Shown here: positions 13,143 through 24,400 of the stretch, piece after piece
Position numbering within the stretch: the stretch's first letter is position 1
Layout: each line of letters begins with the position of its first letter
Translations under genes and position numbers: made by a program
Assembly: GCA_002189035.1 (NCBI GenBank)
Contig: NEEC01000002.1
Location: 434,001-498,000, forward strand
Length of the DNA: 64,000 bases
DNA from: Utricularia gibba
Taxonomy: Eukaryota > Plantae > Magnoliophyta
Direction: 5' to 3'
The notes under the pieces: model-generated
What the model was told of the DNA's origin: nothing
Databases searched by the model: none
Seen by the model: the letters and a program-made list of their open reading frames with translations, nothing else

Positions 13143-13268
13143 CTAAACCTTGGGATGCAGCACCGCCCTGACGAGCACCGAGGAGACGGCATGGAAGGCA
13201 ATAGAAGCGATTCTGGACTTGATCTGGCCTCTCCTCGGGACAAGCCTCAAGCTGCTGCCACTCATCAT
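13143..13268 (-). CDS. 41-aa small ORF with a PRRGQIK motif (plant small-protein family)
   Basis: MMSGSSLRLVPRRGQIKSRIASIAFHAVSSVLVRAVLHPKV*. TATATATA lies about 105 bp upstream. The P(K/R)RGQ(I/V)K motif followed by an amphipathic/hydrophobic stretch is recalled from plant small proteins. Confidence 0.65.
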   Translation of the reverse strand: MMSGSSLRLVPRRGQIKSRIASIAFHAVSSVLVRAVLHPKV

Positions 13269-13372
13269 CTTCTGATGATCCATTCAACTTCAAGGAAATG
13301 GTGTGCTGCTAAAGCTTCTATATTTGTGACTGCTGCCCGCCAATGAATGCAGATATCCAGAGTGCCATGTTG

Positions 13373-13519
13373 TATATATACAGAGAGAGAGAGAGCGACT
13401 CGGGGACACCGGAAACGCGTCCCAAACTCAACAAAGTTGAAAGTCAAAGACTGCGGGCATTGATTTGACCCGGGTTCAATGTGAACGGGTGGCGGTGGAC
13501 CGGTCTGACAAATGTCAGA
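13373..13519 (-). promoter_or_regulatory. TATA box, CGCG box and W-boxes upstream of the small ORF
   Basis: TATATATA 13373-13380; (GA)n 13382-13395; ACGCGT(T) 13414-13420; TTGACY at 13442-13447 (-) and 13465-13470 (+); inverted TCTGACA-aa-TGTCAGA 13504-13519. Confidence 0.5.
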
Positions 13520-14000
13520 GGATTCAGTGAGCGTAGGTGCACGCACCATTCAACCCAACGGCTGCCACCGCTGAATTCAACCCCGGGCCGGGCTCCTTCA
13601 CCATTTTAATTTAAATTCTAACTTTTGACCTTTTTTATCAATTTTTTTTTTATTCTGAAGAATAAAATTTGAAAAGATATTTATATTACATAGTTTTTCA
13701 AGTCAATGAATGTATTATTTTATATTAATTTATATCTATTAATAGTTCGTTCATAAATTATATTTTTTTAATATTTACGATGATAAATGTTTAATTTATT
13801 TGAAATATTTTTTATTATTTATATTCTAAATACAAGATATTTATAATTATTTTAATGAGATATTGTTATTTATTTTATTGCCTTTTTTAGAAATATTGTA
13901 CTGGCCTTTAAACGGGAGGTTCTCTCGCATATTACCGCGAAACAGAACAGTTCCTTGGCTTCCGCAGCTCCTCCGATTCAGCTTTCTGATCTCCTCCGCC

Positions 14001-15202
14001 ATGGAAAAAAAAGAGAAGAAGGAGAAAAGAGAAAAGCGCCGCCAGCAGGTCTCGCTTCTCCGCACCATTCCTTACTCCGATCATCAGAGGTATTCGGCGT
14101 CACGCTCGGTTTTTTTTTTTTTTTTTTTCCGACGAGGAAAGGATTCTACGGTTGCATGATATGTGGTGATCAGATGGTGGACATTGGACACAATTGCGGT
14201 GGTTACCGGCGCCAATAGGGGGATCGGATTTGAGATCGTGCATCAATTGGCGTTGCATGGGGTGACGGTGGTGCTGACCTCGCGAGAGGCCGCCGTGGGC
14301 GAAGAGGCGGCGAAGGTGCTGACGGAAGGAGGTCTGAACGTCGTCTTTCATCAATTGGATATCATTGATCCGGAATCGGTTGAAGCTTTCGTGGCATGGA
14401 TTCGAGAAACTTACGGCGGAATCGATATACTGGTAAATGCGGACGCTTCTTCTGTGATCCGGTCCAACTGTAAACCTGATTTTGATGATTCCGTATTCCC
14501 CTGTTTCCATGAGATTTAGCTGAATGAATCTGCAGATAAACAATGCTGGGGTGAATTTCAACACAGGATCGGATAATAGCGTGGGGTTCGCGGAGAAAGT
14601 TATCTTCACCAACTATTTTGGCACCAAAAGAGTGATTAAAGCTATGGTTCCTCTCATGAGGAATTCTGAAGCCGGAGCTCGTATTGTCAGCGTCAGTTCC
14701 CGGCTGGGAAGAATCAAGGGGACAAGAAACGTGATCACAGAGCATTTTACAGATAAAATAACAATGCTTCTACAATCTCTGAAAACAATTTCTTATCTTG
14801 TTGCAGAAAATTGACAACCTTGAGCTGAGGCAGAGGCTGGAAGATGAAGAAACCCTGACCGAGGAGATGATCGACGAGACCATGAACACATTCTTGGAAC
14901 AAGTGAAAGATGGAACTTGGCAGGAAGGTGGATGGCCTCATATCTTCACAGACTACTCCCTGTCAAAACTTGGTGTCAATATGTATACAAGGGTGATGGC
15001 AAGAGAATTCTCCAGTCGACCGGAAGGGCAGAAGATTTACATCAACTGCTACTGTCCAGGCTGGGTAAAGACTGCTATGACCGGCTGGAATGGCCATGTC
15101 AGCCCGGAGGAAGGGGCTGACACCGCCGTCTGGCTTGCCCTTCTCCCTGATCAGTTCATCAGCGGCAAATTTTTCTCGGAGCGACGCGAGATACATTTCT
15201 AG
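14001..15202 (+). CDS. Short-chain dehydrogenase/reductase (carbonyl reductase/neomenthol dehydrogenase-like), 4 exons
   Basis: SLLRTIPYSDHQR|WWTLDTIAVVTGANRGIGFEI (TGxxxGIG), INNAG, YSLSK (YxxxK), CPGWVKTAMT, ending GKFFSERREIHF*. Confidence 0.92.
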
Positions 15203-15366
15203 ATTCAAGCCCCATGGTAGAATGACAGACATCAAAGGACAAGAGCTGAAGCTGTTTTCTTATAGAGCTTCTTTTACTTTTCTTATTCATGTCTTCAATT
15301 CTTTGATTTCTTTGGTAATAACAGATTCTTGTCCATTTTCTACACAAGCTGCAGTCTCAGAGTTGG

Positions 15367-17340
15367 CTACCAGTAGTCTCCACATGAACAAACACCTTTC
15401 TCAAATCTATGAAATCGAATCCGGTCTCTCAATATTATCACCCTATGTAAAACCTTGGATACAATCTTCATCCAGAGATGGCAGTCAACGCAGGTACGCA
15501 GATTCTTATAAATCAAGATGTCTGAGCCAGGACTGGACCTCAGAACCCCAAATGCTAATGCAAGCTTCTCACTGTGAAAGCTCAAGTTATTCTCCTTCTC
15601 TTCTTCTAATATGTCCATCAACACTAAATCAGACGAATATGTATACCCTTCCATTACTGTGCGCTGGATCAAAGCTTCCAAGACATTGTAGATTGCTTCC
15701 AGTGCCGGATGAGATCGATCACCCGCCTTGAAATGATGAATGGAGCCATGAATATCTACCCAACTCTTGCCGGTACACTTTTGAACTCCCTTCTCTTGCA
15801 TTGCTTGCCTCACAGTTTGTGCATTGCTCCATTTCCTGGTGGAGCTGTAAATGTTGGATAGCAAGACATAGTCTCCACTTCCCAGATTCTCTATTTTGGC
15901 AACAACTTCTTCACCCAACTTGTGATCTCTATGAAATCTACAACCACTGAGCAGAGCCCTCCATATGACCACATCCGGCTCCATTGGCATGTCCTTAATC
16001 ATCGAATATGCTTCTTCTAGGAAACCAGCCCTCGCAAACATGTCCACCATTGCGCCGTAATGCTCAAGTTCTGGCTCGATGAAATACTTCCTTTTCATCA
16101 AATTGAAGTACCTGCGGCCTTGTTCAACAGCACCACAGTGGCTGCATACAGTGAGGAGACCAATGAAGGTCACAGAATCAGGTGAAATACCTTCCTCCTC
16201 CATTTTTCTGAACACAGAAATCGCATCGAATGCAAGACCATGCATTGCGAACCCGTTTATCATAGCATTCCATATGGAAACATGAGTTCTTTGACTGGCA
16301 TCAAAAACAGATTTTGCCATTTGTATCCTCCCACATCTGGAGTACATATCTACAAGTGCAGATGACAGTATATAGTTGAGATCCATTCTCCACTCTCTCA
16401 TTAGACTGTGCACCCGATTCCCCTGTTCGAGTGCTCCAAGCCTGGAGCATGCATTGACAACAGAAGAAAAAGTGTATCCATCTGGCTCAACTTTAGCTGC
16501 TAACATATCATTGAACATGGAAATTGCCTCCATTAGAAGACCATTCTTCACATAGCCTCCAATTGTTGAGTTCCAGGTGACTACGTCTCGATTTGGCAAC
16601 GCACAAAACAGTGTCTTTGCAACATGGACTTCTCCATTCTTCATGAACCTATCGATCATTAGATTTGCAGAGACAGTGCTACAGTTTGAAAGCATAGTTT
16701 CAGCAACAAGTTGACAAGCAATGAATGGCCTCTCACAGGATATATATACCTTCACCAACATGGACAAAATTAGTGGACACACTCCAAACCCCTGCTTGAT
16801 GATCCTACTGTGCACAGATATTGCAGTTCTGTACTTGGAGGGCAGCTTGCAAGATTCGAGGGTGCGTACAATGAATTGATAATTCGAATCTATAGGCATG
16901 GAAGGAAAATAGAAGACCTTCAGCACAAAAGAAAACCATTTACAGAGACAAGGGCTTTCTAAAACTTATACAGGGAATGACAATCCAACATGGATACATG
17001 AACAAGAAGAATGAACATAAGGTCCCAAGTCAGTTTCCCTAATCAGCAGCAAAAGTTTGCACATTTACCAATAATTTCAGAATTTTAATCCAACAGGATG
17101 ATGCATAAATCAATGTTCACATCCATGGAACCCAAGAACATCATCTAACTTCTTGACCCCAAAATTAAAAGAAACCCAGACTACTCCAATTCAAAAACGA
17201 CAAATTCAAGAACCTGATTGTGAGCAAAGAGTGCGATGCGAAGATGCGGGAAGAAGAGGAGATGGATTCGAAATAGGATTACGAGGACAACGGTAAAGTG
17301 CTCGTCTTTCAGAAAAGAGCCTTCTATTCCACGCTCCCAT
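15367..17340 (-). CDS. PLS-class pentatricopeptide repeat protein with E/E+/DYW domain; exons 17340-~17214 and ~16890-15367
   Basis: PPR motifs (DVVTWNSTIGGY, HVSIWNAMING, LEHYGAMVDMFARAG), GKSW box, HSEKLA...CVDCH, terminal DYW. The upstream ATG exon MGAWNRRLFSERR... splices in frame. Confidence 0.93.
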
Positions 17341-18087
17341 GCTCTAGGTTTTCATTCCCCTGTTTATCCAAAAGGTGCTGCTTTCTATTGAACAAAACCC
17401 ATGACACGGAAGCTTTTTAACGACGCCGGCGAGGGTAATAATCGAGAGTTTTCGCCTACACAGCGTCACCGAAAGTTGCTCTAAGCCGTGCTCCGGCTGG
17501 AAATGTGCCTCGAGGGCCGCCGCCGTGCATTCGGTTATGTTGGTTTTAGTGAGACAAATCAAATTCTTAGAAAACCCACCGAATCTGGAAAGGCTTCGTG
17601 TTCGGACTCGTACCGGCACAGCGAATTCATAAGGAACGCCTGAGGCATGGACATAACAACGTTGAAGTGTATACTAGTAAAAGACCAGTCTCTGTTTCTG
17701 AGCATGATTTGGAAGACGATGGGGCCTGGGATTAATCCGGCGCTAATCCTCCAGTTGATAGATTTGCTGGGGAATCCAATGCTCCCTTGAACCGCCTCAT
17801 CAGCTCTTCTGAGGGGCCTATGCTCTCATGAAGCTTTCAGGTGTAATCTAAAACGAGATGTGGTTGAAGTACATGTACCTTCTACTTGCAAAGAATGGAC
17901 ATTTCATTGAAACTGCAGCTAAGCATCAACATAGATATTTCACCCTCCTGACAAGGGGTCACAAGTTTTTGAGTCCTTTGCGTCCCTAATCACCAAAACA
18001 AGATCATGCATGGAGTTCCACATGTGCTACAAAATCTCCTGGTACCTTGTATATGACACACGGTGTGGATGCGAGTCAGGTTTAATG

Positions 18088-20719
18088 CTACTGAGCTTCA
18101 GTTTTCTCTTCATAAGTAGTGACTTCATCCGGATTTGCATTGGCTTCAGGGGCCAGTGGAGTGTGCTCCTCCTCTTTGGGGCTGTTCTCCCGCAGTTTAC
18201 TGTTAAGTCTCTCAAGCTCAAGATTTGCTTGCTCCAGTTTTTCTTGCATGATGCAGACCTATAGTGTCATGATGTTTCAGAAAACTTGACGTAGATTCTA
18301 TAATGGAGTGAAGAAGGAAAGGAAGAATCACCAATTCATTTGATCGATCAACATCGTCAATTTGTTTCTCCATACGTTTGCATAGTCCTGCACAGTAAAG
18401 AAAGTCAAGTACAATATTAAAGCCACAGCTGCTGTCCAGACAAACGATGCATGGGGCCACACTGATATAACCACCTACACAGTGTCAACTGGAAGAAACA
18501 AAACCAACCTAAAAATTGGCTTCTCAATTCAGCATTTTGGGATCTTTGTAGAGCAAGTTTCATGGTTAGCTCATGCATCTAGCACAAAGAAAAAAAAAGC
18601 GGGAACGTGATGAATTTCTGCAAGCAATGGGCATGTGGTATGAGTAAGAAGATCTTAAAATACATTCAATAATTATAATCCACTACCTTTCCTTCGTTAG
18701 CCAGGTTACCAATCTCTTCATTCTCAGCCTGAAGAGTCCTACATTTCGACATCAACATTGTCCCCATTTTACTTTGAGGGGTGAAACTCACTGCGGCAAT
18801 GTTGTCTTGCAGATCTTTAATTTTTGCTTCCTTCTCTTCAACCAAGTTCTAGCAATCACCCAAAAAAGGAGTTACATCACAGCAAAACGGCACATACATA
18901 TGCTTCATGTTAGAAATTTTCTATGGGGCATTATCACTATTTTACGATAAAAACCACCATGGAAGGAAAACCAAAAGGTTTACATCAACATTAAAAAAAC
19001 ATTCTAAATGAAACACCTTCAATCGGGTAAACTCTTCATGAATGGCAGGGTCAAGCAATAATCGTCGTGCCTGTGATTTTATCAAATATGGTCAGACACA
19101 CAGACTCAAGAGAATGTGAAAAGGAACTCCACAAAATTAGCTTGCACGTATTTCTTAAGATAGGAACCTGCATTGAAGGCGGTTTAAGCTGGGCTCTCAA
19201 ATCTCGAACAGCGGACTACATTAAATTTGAAGAACAGAAAGTCAGGACAGGAATGATAAGCCTGAAGGGGAAAAAATTACATCTGTTGAGTACCCAGGAA
19301 AATACTAAAATAAGTAAACAGCTACTACACAAGATATCTATGACCTTCAACTCAGCTATCTCTTGCTCACGCTTGGCAAATGTGACAATCAGTGCAGCTT
19401 CCTTCTTCTTAGCTTTCTCAACCTGGTTTCATGAAACAAATGCTAATTACACCACCATGAGAAATATTTATGCAGACTGATCTTGAGAAACACACTTGCT
19501 CCCGTAGTGATTCCTCAGAAGACTTGAGAGACTGAAGGTAGTTGATGATAAACTTTGGTTCTGATCACAAATAAATGGAAAAGAGACCAAAAACACATTC
19601 TTATTAATTGTTAGAAAATATATTGAAAAGTTAAGGGCAGAACAACAAACCAGGAGTTGTGCCCGCCGGAATAAATGACTCATTTTGAAAAGACGAGTGC
19701 CACTTTTGAATCTCAGACTTTGCATCTTCAAATTGTTTCTGATGTAAGCAAATACGAAGAATCACGTAAACAATTAAGCTGAAGATTTTAAATACTACAA
19801 AACTAGCCATGTGTTAGTTTTAACCTGGCATTTAGAGAGCTCATCCTGACTGTTTTGCAAACTAAAAAAAGAAACCAAAAGCAATGAGACCATTAAATCA
19901 TGCATAGGCCATAAGTTCATACATGTGGTTAATTAAAAACGTAATTCTAGTCATGTAGTACCTCTCCCGGAGTGACAATATCATCCCAGTTGCGACTCCA
20001 GGTGCAGTTTCCTCTACTTTCTTGTTAATCTACGCGACCGAAAACAAAAGTAGAGGCTTAATTAAAGCTTAATGATCACTTCCATCGAAGAGACGACAGA
20101 TGGCATACAGCATGAGTTTTTTAAACCAAATTCCATTCAGAAAGCGCCATGTGAAAGAACTCAACTTAACCATGCTTTGAAATCAAACTAAATATACATC
20201 TTCCCCTTCTAAACGTAAATGTTGGCTGAAACTAAAACAAGGACTTAGAAATACGCGCACCCAAAGAAAAATGCACCAATCAAACTCACAACTTCTAGGA
20301 CTCAACACAATCCAATCTAAAAAAACATAACAGCAAACATTCCAAAGAGAACATTTGACAGTCAACAGGCACATTTAAATATCCAATTATTTTTTTCAGA
20401 ATAAGTAAGTAAAAGATGCCTTTTTTGAGCCAAAAATATCGTCTTCATCGTCGTCAAGGTCTCCAAAATTTCTCTTAATCCCTGCATCCACAACGCACCA
20501 AAACAACCGACTCCAATGAACAAAACGCGATGTCCAAGAAGTAACATTGAAATCAATTCACGAACCTACACCCCTAGCAGGCTTTCTATTTGAAAATTCC
20601 CCGCCGAAAACATCTTCCTGCAATTTCACAAAAAGTAACAATCATCCGCAAACGAACTTCGCCATCAATAGAACATAGTGTTGACAACTTACATCGTCAA
20701 GTTGATCATTTGACGCCAT
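18088..20719 (-). CDS. FIP37: FKBP12-interacting protein 37 (WTAP homologue, m6A writer subunit), multi-exon
   Basis: MASNDQLDD..., acidic exon DDDEDDIFGSKK, coiled-coil exons (FAKREQEIAELK, MSKCRTLQAENEEIGNLANEG, VERSNELV), ending EEKTEAQ*. Confidence 0.85.
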
Positions 20720-21415
20720 TGCTAGCTTGAGATTGAACCCGGCGCGAAACGTTGAGCCCTAATCAACGCCAGGAGACAGATGCCTCCAGGCTACTGTAGG
20801 TCGATGTTCAAGGGGTGAAACGTACGTCGCACTGGCCCCGTAAAAGCATTTTAGAAAATCAATTTTAATTTCAAATAATTGTTTATTAATTATAATATTT
20901 TAAAATCCATTTTTAAAAATATATTCTCTCACTAATTCACTTCATATTCATGTAATCTATAATTTAAATTGCACTCTAAATTTTACAACAAAAATCAATC
21001 GAAAATATTTTTAAAGTAGTTTTGCTATAAAAAAATGTCACCTCCTTTTCAAAAAAGAACATAAATTTAAAAAATAATGTTTATTTTTTAAAATTTACAG
21101 ATCCCCGATTTTTACTTACTTTTTTTTTTCAAATTATCCTTGAAAATTCAACACTAAGCAACTCATGCATGTACAGTAACAAAATTTCCAACATGTACAA
21201 ATATAACGCAGATGGTGCCCAGGCCTGAAAGCAATGAGCCGTTTCTATTTGTGAGTGGCACCCAAATTCTGTAGATCAATCAATTGGAGTTTCTCTGGTG
21301 TCTGTGTGACCAACAGGAGGAGATTTAACAGAGGGTCGAACCCAAACAACGCTGCTGCTGCTGCTGCAGTGGAAGGGATGCAGCAAATGTTGATATAGTG
21401 ATGGTTGCCATGAGC

Positions 21416-24400
21416 TCAGATGTTAATAGTTGCATCCCATAATCTGAGTAGCCCATTGCGGCCCCCGGTACAGATTCTCTTCCTTTCAAGGTCTGAAGCA
21501 ACACATCTGACCTGAAGCCATCAGGAAGAGATAGTGTGTTCAGTTGGTGATATTGTCCTAAACTGGAACCAATCATCTCCCACAAGGTAAGTGAAGCAAG
21601 GTTAGCTAGGGGTGGGTGCGCTAGAGAACATTGGTGCAAACTAGCAGACCATCCTATGGAGGGTAGCACTTGGAAGCATTGAAATGTGTATGATATTAAC
21701 AAAGCATTAAGAGTAGATATCGTACCGTTGCCACTGTCTTCTGAGGGGTTCTGTATAATTGCCATCCAGTGATCTTTGAGCCTGAGGCGGAGAGTCCACC
21801 AAGTCTTTCCTGAGGCCAGTGGAATAGGGACATTGAATTGTCGGCAGCACCAACCGCGAGCCATTGCTCACCCGCATTTATTGACAAAATGGGAGCACTG
21901 TGTATGGTGACATTCTTGGTACACCTCAATGCACCTAGAATTTGATTGAATTTGAGCGTCAGTTGTCAGGGGATGGAGGATGAGGGCAAAACTGCCTTTC
22001 AATAACTCTCAGCTTGAAAAGGCAGTCTGTGCAAACTATGGAGGAGAGGAGCTGAGCATTGCCAGCCTTACCATCAACATTTTCCCAAAAGCGAAGAAGT
22101 CCATCATTTGAACCTGGAAAAAGAAGAGTCCTCTGATAATAAGACTTGTGACTTGCATAGACAGCCATAAACCTCTTTTTTTTTTAATGAGAACAGATAT
22201 TTAAATTCCAAGTCATTTATTTTTTCCACAGAAAAAAATATCAGATGAACCTGTAATAACCCCTTTGTCCATCATAGAGTAATCCACACATAAAACCGGA
22301 CCATCATGGCAAGCCAGAACAGCATCACATGATCCTCGTGAGACAGACCATATCCGAGCAGTCCAATCATCACTACCTGTCAATAAAGTGTCGCCTGCCA
22401 TTCTTATGGACCTAGATGGCAAACACACTTTGCTTCATACACTGAAACTGTGCATCAGTGTACTGAGACTCACGTAATTACCACTCACCTGATCCATCTT
22501 GAATGGCCTACAAGTTTATGCATTTGCTTTCCAGCTCGAATGTCCCATACGTATGCAATACTAAAAAGAAATGCATCAAAGGTCATGTTTCAAGAAAATA
22601 ATAACGATGAGAATTCACAAGGGTTGGGAACACACGAATCTCTGCCTCCAGAAGCCAGGATTCCAGTGGAATCATCATAATCTATGCAGAGAACTGCACT
22701 TGAACATCGACCTACAGTAGCAACACAGGTGTCTGTTCTCACATCCCACATCTTCACAGTTCCATCATGTGCTGCTGTGAGGACACGCTCACCAGAGAGC
22801 ATACGAACAATGCTAACCTGAAATTATCTACAGTAAGCACAACTATGCGCACAGAGCTGCATCTTGATTCCTTTAACATTGTATGTGATACAAATGACAC
22901 TTTACAAATCTTCTTCTAGAAGGAGATAATGTAAATATACAGAAACAGAGAATGCCATTTGACAACATAAGACAACTTCTACTGTCACAGATAAAAAACA
23001 GAAAGGGGACAAATATAGCTAACCTGGGCATCATGCCCCTTGAGTTCCTCTAGAAGCTGAGATGTCTGCTTATCCCACACAAGAACAGATTGGTCATCGG
23101 ATCCTGATACCACTTTCGCTCTATCAGAGCTTATCGCCCTCACAGTTCTTCATCACAAAAGATACTTTTAAAAAACCAAAATACTATAGATGTGAAATAA
23201 TTAAATGAGAAATCCACTTGCAAAAGTAAGCGCATTTCTTCAAAGCTGCTATATCATATAGATGCTGATAAAAACGCACGTCATGTGTCAATCAATTCCA
23301 AAATATTAGAATTCCGTGTAATATAATACCTGGTATGACCCTTCAAAGTCGCTCTGAGTTCAGAACCACGAATACTGGGATCCCATACCTTCATCTGAAA
23401 CATAAAATCAAGGCGGTAGGATTTAAACTTAATCACTGTATAAGTTATTACGCCATTGCAATTCTCATGTTTGAAATATGCAATGCAAGAGAGAAAAATG
23501 AGAAATATGGCTAGCTCGCCCAGAATGGATCTTTTGACATAAGATCCTGAATCTAAGACGCAATCTTACTGTGCAGTCGGTACTTCCACTGATAAAGAAT
23601 CCAGCATCTTCACGATCTCCAACCAGATCCCACACTTCCTTTTTGGTAACACAATGCAGAACAGTCACTGCCCCACTATGACCTCTCAATACGCGCATGT
23701 TCGTCTGCACCTTTTTCTGTGCCACTGCTGTCGCATCTTTCTTGTTAAGAGATCCTGGATCAGAGAATTCAACGTCAAAAATTAGTCTAATTTTTACGAT
23801 ATATGATACCAAGATTTGCACATCCAGAGTCTTCTTACCAACACGAGTAAAAGAAGTAGTCCTGTCCCTACTAAACATGCTCTGTACCCAGCTCCTTCCA
23901 ACTACTGATGCCTCTGAACCTTGCTCATTGCTGTTGGAAGAATTCTGTGGACGTGGAGAAGGAAGACCAAATGAAGACAATGGCTGAGATTTTCCAGCAT
24001 GGATCCCCAATAACCAAAGCATGTTTGCCGTATATGCGAGAAATACCCCCTAAGCCGTATCTGAAACAGTTTAGTAGCCAAACACAAGTAAAGGAGGAAA
24101 ATGTTAGCAAAACAAGCTACAAGGTGCAAAATTATAACAGTGATTTTTCCTTTTATATTATAATTTTATAATATAGAACCCAAACATGAGATCACAAAAG
24201 GTTAATGCAAGGTTTTACGCACACAACACTTTCATTTGTACATAATTTAGAACAAAAACCACCATAGCAAAGTATTATTGTGTCCATTTCAAGAAATATA
24301 TGTGACGCAAAAAGAAATCCATCTAAAAAACTTAACAAAAAAAAACAGAGTTATACATTTTTGTAGAGCCAAATCCAACAAGCTTATGTGCCTATTTCTA

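Noticed and set aside
13600-13900. AT-rich blocks (also 20860-21150, 43590-44150, 60600-60900) as MITEs or organellar insertions
   Set aside because: No terminal inverted repeats, TSDs or organellar gene fragments seen. They are consistent with ordinary promoter spacers.
17344-18080. Separate gene between FIP37 and the PPR (91-aa ORF at 17344-17619)
   Set aside because: No recognisable motif. It is best explained as FIP37 3' UTR plus PPR promoter/leader.
21348-21367. (GCT)n and other short microsatellites; 179-aa ORF at 21325-21864
   Set aside because: These are ordinary simple repeats in UTRs. The ORF is an off-frame read-through of the last SCD1 exons.
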